From assembly GCF_009914755.1 (NCBI RefSeq), contig NC_060930.1: a stretch of DNA of 64,000 nucleotides; one strand, written 5' to 3'. The stretch is from the human T2T-CHM13v2.0 reference genome, Homo sapiens. Of this stretch, positions 43,716-59,939 are shown one piece after another (the stretch's first letter is position 1; every line of letters starts with the position of its first letter). The position numbers and the translations under genes were made by a program. The notes beneath the pieces are model-generated. The model worked only from the letters and a program-made list of their open reading frames with translations, was not told where the DNA came from and searched no databases.

Positions 43716-44932
43716 CATTTCAAAATCAGGCAATTTTAAATGTCTGTACCAGTTCCACAGAGATTTCGTTTTTAGGATAATTGTATTAATTTCCATTTAA
43801 TACTTTAACTTGCCTCTTATGTTTTATTAATTATGGTACATCAAAATCCTTTGTAGAAGTATGTTTAGGGTTTGGAAAAAGTCCAGATCTTGGGTAGTAG
43901 CATTTTCTCAATGTAAACGTTCCACCAAACCAGAGAAAAATGCTCAGCTCCACTCTTGAAACTGCTTGAAACAGAACTGTCCAAATAATTCTGAAGCAGC
44001 CATTATTCTTATATCAATGTCATATGCATATAAATACTTACACACAGATACATCATTCATTTGAAGCCAACTCAAGCATATCAACGTGTTTTTAAACTAG
44101 AATCTACCCTAAATTATTACTTTAGATATAGTCAGTAAACTTTCACCACTTCAGCCAAACTGGGGGAAATACTACTTTGAATTCATTAACAGCTAAAAAT
44201 ACAAAGACTATTTAAAAGCTTCAATCTTTCACAAGTCATAACTCTAAGTGGATATTTCATTGTGCTATATACAATTCTAAGCAAATATTTCACACAGAAG
44301 CCCTTAGTGAATAAACAAACATTATATACAAAGGAACAACCATAAAGATACGGGCTGACTTTTCATCAGTAACAGTGAAAAACAGGAAGCAATAGTACAA
44401 CATTGTTATAATGTCAGAAGAAGAAGAAAAAAAGCCTGTTATCTTAAATAATACACCCAAAGAAAATATCTATCAAAAATAAGCAATAAGACAGTTTCCG
44501 AAAAAAAAAAAGCTGAATGAAATTGTTTCTAGCATAAGTCCACTACAAGAATACTAAAGAAATTTCTTCTAGCTAAAAGTGAATACCATTCGACGGCAAT
44601 GTGAAGAAACGAAAAGCGCTAGAAAGAGTAACTTTGCTATACCTAATTTTTCTTTTCTCATTTTCCTTAAGAGATAACTGAACTATTTAAAGCAAAAATA
44701 ATAACAGCATATTGTGGGCTTTATTAAGAAAAATGTAAGACAACAATAGAACAAAAGATGGAGACAGATGGAAATACAGTTTTAAGATTCTTACACATAA
44801 AGGCGTGTAGTATTAATTTAATTTAGGGTAGATTGTATGAAGTTGAGGATACATACTGAAATCCTCAGAACAAAAAATCATTTTAAAAAACAAACGGATA
44901 AAGCTGATGTTCCAATAGATGAGAATAAAAAA

Positions 44933-45265
44933 GGCCAGGCATGGTGGCTTACGCCTGTAATCTCAGCACTTTGAGAGGCCGAGGTAAGAGATTCACTTGA
45001 GGCCAGGAACTTGAGACCAGCCTGGAAAACATAGTGGGACCCCATTTCTAAAAAAAAAAAAAAAAAATTAAGTCAGCCTGGCATGGTGGCACATGCCTGT
45101 AGTCCCAACTACTTGGGAGGATGAAGTAGGAGGATCATTTGAGCCCAGAAGTTTGAGGCTGCAGTGAGCTATTATCACACCACTGTACTCCAGCAGTCTG
45201 GGTGACGGTGAGACCCTGTCTCTAATAATAATAATAATAATAATAATAACAATAATAATAATAAT
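44933..45265 (+). mobile_element. Alu (AluJ-like) with (TAA)n tail
   Basis: Full Alu. Confidence 0.95.
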
Positions 45266-45789
45266 CCTACTGAGTATACCATGAATTCAAAAGAAGGAAG
45301 AGAAATAAGAAAACAACAACAAAGAAGGTGATGTGATAAATAGAAAACAAATAACAAGACAGCGGTCTTACATATGGGACTTTTCATAATGATATAATAA
45401 CAATTCATTAAGAAGATATAAAAATTATAAATATGTATGTACTTAGTAACAGAATTTCTAACTCCCTACGCAAAAACTGACAGAGGCAAAAAAAAAAGAA
45501 ATAGATAAATCAAAATCTATAGTTTGAGATTTTAACACTCCTCCCTCAACAGTCCTAAACAGGATTATTTAGATAAACAGGAAAATTTACTTAGCTAAAT
45601 CTAAATCCCAAGCAGATTTAGATTTATCTATTTCTAAATTCCTTGAAATACATAAATTATTGATATTGAGTCACAAAGAAATAGAAAACTTGAAAGGCTC
45701 TAGATCCATAAAAGAAATTCATTTGGTACTTACATTTCCACAAAGAAAACGCCAGACCTAGATCCTATCTAATATAAGGAAAAAAGTCG

Positions 45790-46402
<613 letters not shown>

Positions 46403-46504
46403 ACTTCTAAACTCATTTTATGAAGCCAGTATCGCCACGTTATGGGAGCTAGACAAAAATTTAACAGTGAAAGAAAACTACAAACTGATATCCCTCATAA
46501 ACAT

Positions 46505-47357
46505 TGTAGTGAATTTCTAAAATCTTATGCTACCCCAGCATCCTTTGGAAAATAGGTTTCACTTTCTCATGCCGGAAGCAGGGCTTAGTCCTCCTAGTTC
46601 CTCCATGTGGTCTATCCAGATATCTGCCTTAAACAGCTGCCTCCTGGTGACCACCACCCTGTGGTGACCATCACATACAGATACAACCTACCTGACTCAC
46701 CCCACTGATCCTCACACTCTTTATGGACTGCATAGATATGCTACAATGACCACTTCTCAGTCACAGCATGACCCTACAGAATGTGCACCTCCTTGCTCTA
46801 AACCCACCAATTACAACTCCCTAAGGGAAACCAGCTAGGGTGATACCCCAGACCTCAATAAAGGCGTTGGCCCATAGGTCCATCTCTCTCTCACTGCCTA
46901 CTTGCTTGTAAGTGCATTGCCCCTGAAACCTTCCCGTCAGCCCCCATCAGTACCCCTCTTCTCCCACAGACCTGTAAGTAATAAACTGCTTCTGTTATTT
47001 CAAATATTTTGGTTGTGTTGTCTCCTCTATGTCTCACCCAACCAACACATCTAGTCCTAACTTTTCTCCCAGTCAAAGCTCTTCTAGAGAGTGGCTATCT
47101 TGGCAGGAATAAACTGGACACAGGTCAGATAAGAGCCACATGGTATCTGCCAGTATGAACAAGTTTCCTATGAGAGCAATACCTGATCATGAGTCAAACA
47201 ATTAGGCATTAGGCCATCTACCAAGACAAAGAAGTATTCTGCGAAAGGCACATTGTAAACATACGTGACCAAATTCCCTAGAGCCCTGTCAGGGCAGGGC
47301 TAGTTTATAGCCATTCTCCCAAGACAGACCTGAAGACCAAATTAAAGAAAAATACAC
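46505..47357 (+). mobile_element. ERV1-class LTR (LTR39-like)
   Basis: Starts tgtagtgaatt, contains aataaa signals and LTR-type 3' end; subfamily uncertain. Confidence 0.65.
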
Positions 47358-47358
47358 A

Positions 47359-47580
47359 GGCTGAGGTGGGCGGATCACGAGGTCAGGAGATCCAGACCAT
47401 CGTGGCTAACACGGTGAAGCCCCATCTCTACTAAAAATACAAAAAATTAGCCGGGTGTGGTGGCAGTTGCTACTCAGGAGGCTGAGGCAGGAGACAGGCG
47501 TGAACCTGGGAGGTGGAGTTTGCAGTGAGCCAACATTGTGTCACTGCACTCCAGCCTGGGCAACTCCATATCAAAAAGGA
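47359..47580 (+). mobile_element. Alu (truncated)
   Basis: Alu sequence lacking 5' end. Confidence 0.9.
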
Positions 47581-48182
47581 AAAATACAACAAACATATTT
47601 GCAAAAATTCCTTACACAACATTAGCACATCAATTCCCTACAATATGAAAATAATAATATATCGTGACCAATTGAGGTTTATTCCAGAGAATGCAAAGTT
47701 GGTTTAACATTTAAAAATCAAGGTAAGTTATCATAGTAACAGAATAAAGGAAAAAAATCATACGATCAATAGATGCAGCAAAATCATTTCACACAATGCA
47801 ATGCCTATTCATAGTCTTAAAAAATTAAGCAAAGCAGAAATAGAAGGAAACTTCCTTAACCTGATATAGAAAAAAAGCTTGCAATTGCCATCAAATGTAA
47901 TGGTAGAAACCTGAATACTTCCATCCTATTACTAAGAACAAAGTCAATATGTCTGCTGTCACAGCTGCTATTCAACATTGTACTAGATATTCTAGCCACT
48001 GCTGTTAGGCAAGACAAAGAAAGAAAAGTCAATTAGATTGAAAATAAAAAGTTTTAAAACTCTTTTTTTCAAAGATGATATAGAAAATCTTATTAAACCT
48101 ATAAATAAATAAGATAACTTATAAGGGAATTTCAAAAGGTCATATGAGATATAGTCACTATATCCAGAAAATTGTATTTCTA

Positions 48183-48575
<393 letters not shown>

Positions 48576-49334
48576 TTAACAAAATATGAACAAGACCTGT
48601 GCATTGTTAACTGCAACACTTTGCAGAGGGAAATTTTAGAAGACCTAATACGTAGAGAAATATATTCATATATTGAAAGTTTTAATATTTTAACATATCA
48701 GTTCTCCTCAAATTAATTTATACATCTAACATTACTGCTTCCAAAATTCCAGCAAAGTTTTTGTAAAATTTATAGGCTCAATCTGAAATGTATATGGAAA
48801 TGCAAAGGACCTAGAATAAACAAAACATTTTGAAAAACAGAAACATAGGTAGTGGAATTATAATAATGGGTTTTCAAAATTTACCATTAAGCCACAGTAA
48901 TCAAAGCCATAAACAATTCTGGCATAAGAACAAATAGATTAATGGAATACAACAGAGAGTGTAGGAATATCACACACGCATACGTATTGTCAGTTGATTT
49001 TTGACAATTCTACTGAGGGAATCCAATGAGGAAAAAAAAAGTCTTCACAAATGGTGCTGGAAAACCTGAATATTCACAAAGGGGAAAAAATAAATTTTGA
49101 CACATGTTTCACACCATACACAAAAATTAATTTGAAATGGATTATAGGTCTAAGAGCTAAACTTCTAAAATTCTAGAATAAAACAGAAAAAAATCATTAT
49201 GTTAAGGAAAGATTTCTTACATAGGACACAAAAACATGACCATAAAAGAAAAAAGAATAATAAATTTGACAATAAAAATTTAAAACTTTTGACTATCCAA
49301 ATGCATGGTTAAGAAGATAAAAATTCAAGACACA

Positions 49335-49777
<443 letters not shown>

Positions 49778-51588
49778 TCACAAAGAAGATAAGCAAATAG
49801 CAAATAAGCACATGAAAAGATAAATATTTTTTATCTTTTCACTGGAAAAATGAAAATTAAAAGCACAATGAGATACTATTATATAGCTGGTAAAATGGCT
49901 AAAATTTAAAAGGAACACAATACCAAATGTTGGCAAGTATATGAAAGAATTAGGACTTTCATATATTGCCGCTGGTGAGTGCAAGGTGGCACAATCACTT
50001 TTGAAAGCAGTTGGTGGTTTCTTAGAAAGTGGAACATACACTTACGTTATACCATAAATCCCATTAGGCATTTACCCAAGATAAATGAAAGCCATGTCTA
50101 CAACAATACTCGGACGTGAATATTAATAGAAGCCTTGTTTATAATTTCTAAGAAGTGGAAGCAACCCAAATGTCCATGAACAGATGAATAAGAAAACAAT
50201 ATATGATATATTCATACACTGGAACACTATTCGGCACCAAAAAAAATACAATATTGATAGATGCAACAACTTGTATTAGTCTTGCAAATATTATACTGAG
50301 CAAAAGAAGCTAGCCATAGGTGAGTATATACTCTGATTTTTACTTTGTGACAACCTTGGACAGGTGAAACTAAGTTATAGAGAGAGAAAGCTGATCAGTG
50401 TTTGCCTGGCATCAAGAATGGGGAGAATTCGCTGTGAGGGGATGCAAAAGCAAACAAACAAATGAACAAACTTTGAGGTGATGGAAATATTCTACATCAC
50501 ATCATCGTTGATTAGGGGGTGGTTACACAGGTATACACATTTTGAAACACATGGAACTGAAAATGGGTACATTTTATTGTTGGTAAATTGCAACTCAGTA
50601 CGGTTGGATTAAAAGGAAGAAAAATACCCAGTGAGATATTGCTACACAACTACTTGAATGGCTAAAATTAAAAGCACTGACACTACCTACTCTTAGCAAG
50701 AAAGGATCCTATCCTCTGCTGATTAGTGTATACATTGATAAAAATCACTCTGAAAAGCCATTTGGCATTATTGATCATATGTGTAACCTTTGACACAGAA
50801 ATTCCTTTTTAAAGTATATACCTAACAGAAATGTGTCCATATGTTCACCAAAAGAATGTTTACAGCAGCATCATGTGCAGTAGCTAAAACCTGGAAGCAA
50901 CCAAATTGCCCACAAATAGTAGAATGAATTAATAACTGGTAATATATTCATATATTAGAATACAGCAATGGAAATGAATGCTTATATGTGCAAGAAACAT
51001 GGGTGAGTCTCACAAATCTTAAATTGAGCAAAAGAAAGCAGACACAAAAGTCTACATACTGTATGATTACATTTGTATACAAATTTAAAATATGGAAAAC
51101 TAATCCATGGTGTTAGAAGTCAAGAGAGAAGAAGAGGGAGGGTTGGAGCTAGGAAAGGGGCATGAAAGGAGCTTCTGGGAGGCTGGGAACTTTCTATTTC
51201 ATGATCCCTGTTGCTACCAGAGTGTGGTCACTTTGCAATGGCTCATTGAGTCAGACACTTCCGGTTTGTGCATTTTTTTTTGTATGTATGCTTTATGCAT
51301 GTATATAAAACCTTTTTTAAAATAGCAAGGAACTTATGAGTAAATGGACATCAAGGAAGTAGAAGAAGCCTAGAGCTTTCTGTTGGTAAGTTTGCTGTTG
51401 AATGGAAAAATGCAAAAAGAAAGAAAGCGTGTGATGTAGTACTACCACTGAAAGACATATTTTGGATTAGAAAAGATTTGAGCATGCTCATATTCTGATT
51501 TTTCAAGCCAGTAAAAAAGAAGAATAACACTATAGTAAATAAATTATTAAAATGATGAATACTGTTTTAAAAAAACTATGAAGCAGGG

Positions 51589-51983
<395 letters not shown>

Positions 51984-52719
51984 TCAAAAAAAGAACATAA
52001 TGGTGGGAGCCGCATAGGAAACCGATGAAAACATGAAGGAAGAGTGGGACATTTTGAGAAAAAATGCCGAGGGAGTTTGTGGTCTGATACAAAGCACAGC
52101 CACATGCTGAGAGGCTGTGGATCTGGTTTGGAATCTTCAGAAAAGAGTGGCCGAAGGAGGCACATTAACCATAGGAAAGTGAGGGGCAGCTGCTTTCAGA
52201 TAAATGAAAGAAAAATTCAGTCCTATTGAGGGTTCAATTAAATGTGGAAACTACACACTTCTTACTGTGTTCATTGGCACGATCATTCTCCCGGATACCC
52301 GAGCATGAGAATTTAAAGTCACTGTTTTATGACCATGTTTTATTCCTCCTCTCACCATCTTCACGTACCTAACACTCCTTCTCTTTCTGTCTTCTGTAAT
52401 GGAGGCTCTGGCGGAGAAAATATAACTCCTGGAACATCTTCCCAGTGGGGTCTCTGCCTCTGGTTTCTTCTTTTTATTTCTGTCTCCCTAATAGAACACT
52501 TAGATATTGCCATGCCCGTGTTCAATGACCTTCAGTGGCTGCTGGTATTGATTTCCAGTTAAACTAAAAAGCTTAGTTAGCTGAGTTCACCTCTCATTTC
52601 AGCCCAGGATGGAATCAAGAGCACATGACACCTTCATAGACCAGACATGAGCTCAGCAGCCCTAGCCCATCCCACAGTCAGGCTCTCACCCAGGCAAGTA
52701 TAAACTAATCAGAGCTGGC

Positions 52720-52950
52720 CGGTATTGAGCACTTATTATGTATGAAGCATTGTTCTAAGCACCTGGTGTGTGTTAGCCCATTTGAGACTCACAACAATAT
52801 CTGGGGTAGGTTTTCATTTTTTCATTTGATAGGCAGGAAAAATGAGATCTGGAGAGGCCAAGTAAGTCACCCCACTTAGAGTTAGAGAGTGAGCACACCA
52901 GGATGCAAATCCAGGTAATTGGCCTCCAAAACCACATTTGCAACCATTAC
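52720..52950 (-). mobile_element. MIR
   Basis: tattgagcacttattatg...aatgagatctggagaggccaagtaag. Confidence 0.7.
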
Positions 52951-53023
52951 CCTAAGAACAGGCATTGGCTTGGCTTCCAGCATCTCTGTCTTTGAGTTTT
53001 CCTGTCCAAGTTCAAAATCTTAC

Positions 53024-53225
53024 TTTTGCAAGCCACCTTCAGCATGGCCTGGGATGCTCTGAATGTTGATTTTTCTTCTGGTTCCAGGTGCTACATGCTG
53101 TCTGGAAGCAGAATTCTCCCCTCCCCTCAATCTGTTGGTTGGGATCCAACTTCCTGCAACAGCTCCTTGTCCATGAGTCAACCTTCATGCTCCAAACTTG
53201 GAAGCTCAATGGTGTGCCAATGTTT
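53024..53225 (-). pseudogene. Exon remnant ~PKD1 exon 33 (TM3-TM4 cytoplasmic loop)
   Basis: LPSLEHEG*LMDKELLQEVGSQ...HLEPEEKSTFRAS ~ WPSGEGTLSWPDLLSDPSIVGSN...GLGPEEDGFSLAS; consensus donor aaaa|gtaag. Confidence 0.75.
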
Positions 53226-53509
53226 CTGTCTCTCCTACTCAGTCTTGAGAAGTGGTTAATCATTTTTAAATGCTAGGAATAAGTATTAGGAAGTTTAAAA
53301 AATGGAGAGCAAATTCCATTTTTATAAATAAGTGGTCTCCTGAAATACTATTTTCATCTTCTTCCAGGCTCTATAGTTCTGGTTTTAACACAAAACTATC
53401 TTCATGTATTTTACCCTGTTCTGTTGGATTGCTGTATTTCACCTTTATGTATCTTATCTTGCTCTGCTGGATTGATTCTCATTTGCACAAAAAGACTTGT
53501 TCTTTTTAC

Positions 53510-53553
53510 CCCTTGCTTTTCTTAAGAAATTCATCATCTGAAGAAAGAAATGT
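53510..53553 (-). pseudogene. Exon remnant ~PKD1 exon 32 (short exon)
   Basis: TFLSSDDEFLKKSKG ~ AFVGQMKSDLFLDDSKS with phase-2 donor GG|gtaaaa. Confidence 0.6.
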
Positions 53554-53664
53554 TTAAAGAATTGATTTTCCTGCCCCAGAAGTTTTGTTTTCCCTTTCTA
53601 AAGTGTTATTTCCCTTTTTCTTCTGAAAACATTTTTTCCAGGATTTTTTTAAAAACAAGTTAGA

Positions 53665-53785
53665 GGTTACAACAACCTTTTCTATGCTATCAAGGGACAC
53701 TCTTAAGATTCCATTGTAGACATAATCCTTATCAGTTTGAATAGTGTTGACCATGTAGGAGAATTTGCCTGTCCGAGTTCAAAAT
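53665..53785 (-). pseudogene. Exon remnant ~PKD1 exon 31
   Basis: NSPT/GQ/TIQTD...GILRVS ~ SPSPTPAGQQVLDID...SVLDSS; ctaag| acceptor at 53785; 3' end approximate. Confidence 0.45.
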
Positions 53786-54012
53786 CTTAGTTCAAAGATG
53801 AATATACTATCTTTAGTCACAGATTTGTGCTAACATACTACGAACTAAAATGCTGCAATCCTTTGAAAGTTGTTTTATAGGCACTGCTCTTTCACTTAAT
53901 GTACTTCTTTCTTCTCACAAGACAGAGCTTAAAGGCTTGTCATGAATAGCATGAAATCTCAACTTCCCACGCCTCAGTGTGGAAGCCCTATCATAAAAAC
54001 ATAGTACATTAC

Positions 54013-54144
54013 CCTTAAAACAAATTTCTCTCTGACTTCAGTGACACTGAAATGGACTGCAAACAATGGTACTGGAAGAGTTCCAGGGTTTCTGAACACT
54101 GCTTCTTAACATAAAGTGAGTTCACAAAGGCTGGGGTTGCATTT
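54013..54144 (-). pseudogene. Exon remnant ~PKD1 exon 30 (TM3)
   Basis: cctcag| acceptor, |gtaatg donor; SETL.../SSTIVCSPFQC...REICFK ~ SVDTV...SSVVVYPVYL...FRMSRSK. Confidence 0.65.
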
Positions 54145-54619
54145 CTGAGGATAACGGATCCTTTAAATACTGCACACTTTTGTGTCTACACATACAAAGT
54201 AATGCAGTGAATTGGGGCAATTATCCTTGTAATTCAAGTGCGCCCTTTCCTCCCCACATACATATTTTGGTTTCAATTATCTGAGCATTTCAAACAAAAG
54301 CTATCTTTTTCCCCCTTGGATAATTGCTTCATTTCTCTGCTTTTTCTTGTGTATGTAAATTCAAATTATTCCCAAATCTGTACGTATAGGTCAGAGAAAC
54401 TTTTGCAAATAAATCCTTTTGGAACCAACACTTCTCTGTTTTCTAATGGAGGGCCATATAGCACCTCACATATCAACAAGCAAAAGGGCAGAGTCCTATC
54501 CAGGCAGGGACATCCTGTTCCCCCATCTTGCAGCCTGTGGATCAGGGATGATGGCAGAGGCCTTCCCCCCTTGGGGACTTGACAGAAGCTGTCATCCAGT
54601 AGGCAGGCACACAATTCAC

Positions 54620-54835
54620 CTGTGGCTTGTTCATTATCATCAGACGTGTTGACAGGCATGGGGCCTGGAAAGGAGGCACAGCAGTCTTTCCATGCCAGCT
54701 GGTGAAAGGATGAGAGGCTCCATCTCACAGCAGGAGTGAGTCATGGTGCCAGCGTCATAGACAGGCATAAGTATTCCAAGTCATGGACAGAAAGTCCCTC
54801 AATGCCTGTGGACTCTTTTGCAGGGCCTCCTTGTG
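54620..54835 (-). pseudogene. Exon remnant ~PKD1 exon 29 (TM2)
   Basis: SPQALRDF...HHDSLLL*DGASHPFTSWHGK/CC ~ SDAALLRF...DKHIWLSIWDRPPRSRFTRIQRATCC (TGA at Trp); donor cacag|gtgaat at 54620. Confidence 0.8.
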
Positions 54836-55081
54836 TGGGGAGGGACTTGCAGAATGGGATTAGAAATTGTAGACTGGTCTGTAGTGTTGGACTGAAATAT
54901 GATGTGATTAGCTGGTGACCCGAAGTCCCAGAGGAATCAGGCATCTTAATGAGCTCACATCAGTTTAAGGAAAACAGTCTATGGTTTTGTAGGTAAGCAG
55001 TGCAGTCCATATTTTTGTTGTCGTTTGTCCTTCTCACTAAGCCATGAAAGGAATGTGTGGCTTTCTTTCAAAATGTGTATA

Positions 55082-55380
55082 GCTGGGCATGCCAGCTCAC
55101 ACCTGTGATCCCAGCATTTTTGGGAGGCCATGGCTGGAGAATCACTTGAGACCAGGAGTTTGAGACCAGCCTGGACAACATGGCGAGACCTGTCCCTACA
55201 CATACACAAACATTAGCCAGGCTTGCTGGGGCACACTTATAGTCCTAGCAACTAGTGAGGCTGAGGTGCGAGGATTGTTTGAGCCCAGGAGTTCAAGGTT
55301 ACAGTGAGCTATGATCATGCCACTGCACTCCAGCCTGGGTAATAGAGCAAGACCCTGCCTTAAAAACAAACAAACAAAAA
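55082..55380 (+). mobile_element. Alu (AluJ-like)
   Basis: Full Alu, TSD AAAATGTGTA. Confidence 0.93.
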
Positions 55381-55699
55381 TGTGTAGACATACATATGCA
55401 CTTCATCTCAGGAATCCTTCGTTGACTACAACTGAGTAAAAGGAATGTATGTTTAAGATACAATAAAGTCCATTCTCGGAACACTTACTGAATCTCTGAA
55501 AATCATGGATTTTTCATGTTGTGAAACATAGGTCAGGGGAGGGCACCCCTAAAAGACCTCACATAACCATAGGGAAAAACTGTATGGTTTTTATTGCACT
55601 GTGGTTATAGTTTCAAGGTTTTAGACTGCAAGACTCTAAAATGTGATTACTTCCCTTAGCATTGAGCAGGAGAGCTTGTTGATTCCAAATCAACACAGA

Positions 55700-55835
55700 G
55701 TGAGTGTGCGTGGGTATATTCTGCTCGGAAGTCAATTCCTTCATTCATCAGCTGATAATGAAAACAAAATACTTTGTTTCTGGAAGGGGGGGGATCTATG
55801 GAGCCATATATCCAAGAGATGTCAAGAGGCCCCAG
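55700..55835 (-). pseudogene. Exon remnant ~PKD1 exon 28 (PLAT end)
   Basis: GPLDISWI~GLSPAWF; LSADE~LSVET; ELTSEQNI~GLVEKEV; splice sites not clear. Confidence 0.45.
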
Positions 55836-56034
55836 TTCATTAAAACTATGAGGAATGAGGTGCCAGAATGAGGCTGGAACCATTTAAGATTAGTGGCTGG
55901 GATCAAAGGTCTGTGATGAAGTCTTGGGAATTGTCAGCAGCTGATGTAGGCACAAGGATGAAAGAAAGATTATTTCATGATGCTAAGGTTTTCATTTTCT
56001 GGTTATAAATCAGTATTTGTTTATGTCAGTTTAC

Positions 56035-56216
56035 CTTAATGGGAACATTTAGTCACATAAGATATTTTAATATAATTTATTACTGCCCCAAGTCGAAAAC
56101 ACCAAGAGATACAAGACCCTGCAGGGAAGGAATCCCTGCTTAGAGTGCAGATGGCCAGTTCCATGCTCAGGACTGCCAGCTGCTGCTGGACGCCTCTAGT
56201 CTTTTCTTCTCTTTCT
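56035..56216 (-). pseudogene. Exon remnant ~PKD1 exon 27 (PLAT)
   Basis: GHLHSKQGF~RHLDGDRAF; LGAVINYIKI~LGSVWKIRV; donor aag|gtaaac at 56035; start approximate. Confidence 0.55.
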
Positions 56217-56572
56217 CTGTTGATACATTTAGGGATCCCAAAAGGCGATCCCTTGCTTAAACTTATATCCCTAGCTACTTGCCTTCTGTCCTGCTCTGTC
56301 GTTTTCTTGCTCAAGTCTTCAAGCCTGTGTTTGAAGACCCCACTCTTTCACCCATTTATTCCCTTCTTCAATCCCTGAAATTCCCACCACCACCTCTGGA
56401 TGGGACCTGCACTTTCAAAAGCTTCTCTGATCTCCTTCTCTCTCCTCTTCTTCCTCCTCTCTCTGTCTCTCACTTCCCCCAACTTTCTCCCCTCTACTCT
56501 TTGCCTGCCCTCTCTCCCCAATTCGAATTCAGTGGTTTGATTGACCTCTCATTCTTTCCAGCCCTTGTTTGA

Positions 56573-56873
<301 letters not shown>

Positions 56874-58335
56874 CTCACGTCTCTATCTTTAGCTCTCTTT
56901 CTTCTCCCCCATCTCCTCTGCAGACCCTTCATTTACTCTATGACGCCATCCAAATCGTCATCTCCAGTGTTACTTTCTTATGTGACTACAGTCAATTCAG
57001 CTAAACTCAACACAGATTGGGCGCCAACCCCTGTGCCCAGCTGCTTATGAGATCGCTCTCACTATCTGTCCTGGTGGTGCTGTGGGCTGCAAATGCCCAG
57101 TGCTTAGTATCTTCCCTCCTAAATGACCTCCCTTCCCATAGGTCCCCTATCTGTCATCACTCATCCTGCTTCCTGTCTTTGAAGTGAAAAACCCTACCGT
57201 TTGATTCTTTCCTATTACTCAGTTATAATATCCAAGCTGTCAGGTTTCTGACTTCAACAGCCCTCTTTGGTATAGCCTTTCTTTGCCCCCTCCCCAACTG
57301 CGATATTCTTTTGGTTTCTTTCCTTTTGGCAGAGATTTCCATGTCTCCTGTAACAGTGCTCCTTCTACTGCTTCTTCCTGCACCAGGGCAATCTTTCATC
57401 TCCCACACCTATCCCTCCTCCTAGCATTGCAGCAGCCTGTAGCAGCATCTATAAGCTCTCCAGAGAACTCACAAGTCTTCCTGTCCAGGCTGCAGGATAC
57501 AGCAGAGTCCGAGTGGCCAGGATTTGAAGCCTAATTCTGTGCCACAGTTTACCGAAGGCTTGCATGTGTATTCCTACCACATTGTCCTCCTAATAGCCCT
57601 GTGCAGTATAACGAGCAAAGGAACAGATGAATTAACCACAGATAATGAAACAAGAGTTTAGGCTGGTTCAATGCTTGCCCAAGGTTTAAGAGCTGATGAC
57701 TGGTAGAAGCAGGACTCACATCACTCAAGTCTCAGGGGCAGAGCCCAGAGTTCCCTTGTATCTTTCAGAAACTAAACAATGATCGTTTTGTTTTGCTGAA
57801 ATCTCCCAGTGGACCCTCACTGTCAGTGAAACCAAGTCTAATTTTATTAACCTGGCTCTCAAGATGGAACCCTCATGGTCTGGTTCCAAGTTACTTCTCT
57901 AGATTTATTTCCTGGAAAAATAAACTTATATACTGGATTCATGTACCACACTCCAGGAAAAGGTACCCCCTACAACTCATAGCTGATCCCCAGCTTCAAC
58001 CTACTTTATAGTCAATTCTCCTTGCAGCAGCCAGAGTTGTCCTTCAGTAACGTGAATGAGCTCATGCTTTGCTCTACATTCTCAAGATAAAATCCCAAGT
58101 CATTACTGTGGTGCACCAAGCCCCGTATGATCTGGCCCTGAGGGTCTCTTTAACCTCATCTCTATAATTCACCTGCTTGGTAACTTGCCACGTTGGTTCA
58201 TTTGTGTTCATTGGATACACTCTGCTGTTCCCTCTGCAGGCCCTTTAAGAGTGCTAGTCGCTCCACCTGTGGTGCTACATCCCCCAACACCTGCATGGTG
58301 GCCCCTGTCACTTCCAGAAGATTTTTGTTTGTTAG

Positions 58336-58719
<384 letters not shown>

Positions 58720-59708
58720 AGCTTTAATTTTATTTTCAGTGCCTAACAGCACCTGGCATATTATGGTATTTGTTTCGTGTCTTTCTCCTGCTATTAAAGC
58801 ACAAGCTCCTTGAGGGCAGGGACTTTGTGTGCTCAGTTTATTCCTGGATTCCTAACACTGAGAACCATGCCTGCTGCACAGTAGCAAACATTTCCCAAAC
58901 GAATCAGTTCATCAGTAAAAACAAGGCTGCTTGTTGTTTGGTGTCTCTACATTATTACCTATGCTGTCCTTTCTGCCTGGAATTTGTGGAACGTCCACTT
59001 TGCACCAGATCCTGCAAAAGACCTCAATGCTGTACTCTCTCTGCCTATTACTACCCAATTCACTGCACAGCTAAAATGTCATATTTTCCTGACCATCTCC
59101 AATCACTTCATCTGCTAGTGGTCTACTCTTGTCTACACCCCAATAGCCATGTCTTTGCATCCCTTTTATGACATTTATTGCCCCCTATCTGTAGTGAGGT
59201 TATTTGTGTACCAGATCCAATTCTCATTGTATTTGGGACAGTGCCTGGCACAGACTTTAACACATAGTATTTGAATAGAGTAGTATTTAGAGATACACTA
59301 TGAGAGCATAATTGTGTATTCAATTCAATGTATAAATAGAAAAGTAAATATAAGTGGAAAAGCCTAGAATAGGTGCAAGAGTGTAAGTAACAAAAGGAAG
59401 AGAAAAATGGAGGAAAAACCCAAGAGGAGCAGAGATTTATTATCCTTCCAGAAAACACACATCCTTCTTTAGGTTAATCCCTTTCCATGAGAAAATGGCC
59501 TGGAGAAGATGACTGGTTAATTTCAGACACCCTTGACTTCCATTTGTCTATTGGAAGTCAGCTGGATGGCTGTGGGAGCTGGAGGGGCGGAGATAAGGAC
59601 AGATGGCTATCACTGCTTGCAGTCTTCCGAGGGAGGAGCCGGTCCTGCCTGGGCCTACAGTTGTCAGCACTTTCCCCCGCTGGCCCTGCTGACACTGTTC
59701 TGACACCC

Positions 59709-59928
59709 TGTGCACCACCAGAAAGTTCACTGACCCTTCACAAGCAGGGGTCATAGGTCCATTTCCCAGCGTCATCAGGAATCACTCCAGGCTGTGCACT
59801 GACCCAGCTCAGGGAGCAGTGGCCAGCGATGTCAGCCAGCAGGAGCAGGGCAGGGCCCCAGGCAGGGGGGCTGGGGGCAATCTCAGACGAAATCAAAACC
59901 TTCATTGCAAAGTCCTGGGTGGTGGCTT
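59709..59928 (-). pseudogene. Exon remnant ~PKD1 exon 26 (TM1 and start of PLAT)
   Basis: Polypyrimidine+cag acceptor at 59928; GKWTYD/LLVKGQ* (59767-59727) ~ GRFKYEILVKTGW, with TGA at the Trp position. Confidence 0.8.
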
Positions 59929-59939
59929 CTGAGGAGAAC

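Noticed and set aside
53023-53767. Processed retrocopy flanked by a 22-bp target-site duplication
   Set aside because: No poly-A tail, and the interval holds three intron-separated remnants of the fossil gene.
54400-54536. Alternative exon-30 candidate (LDRTLPFCLLICEVLYGP)
   Set aside because: No donor site; 54013-54144 has both splice sites and the terminal Lys.
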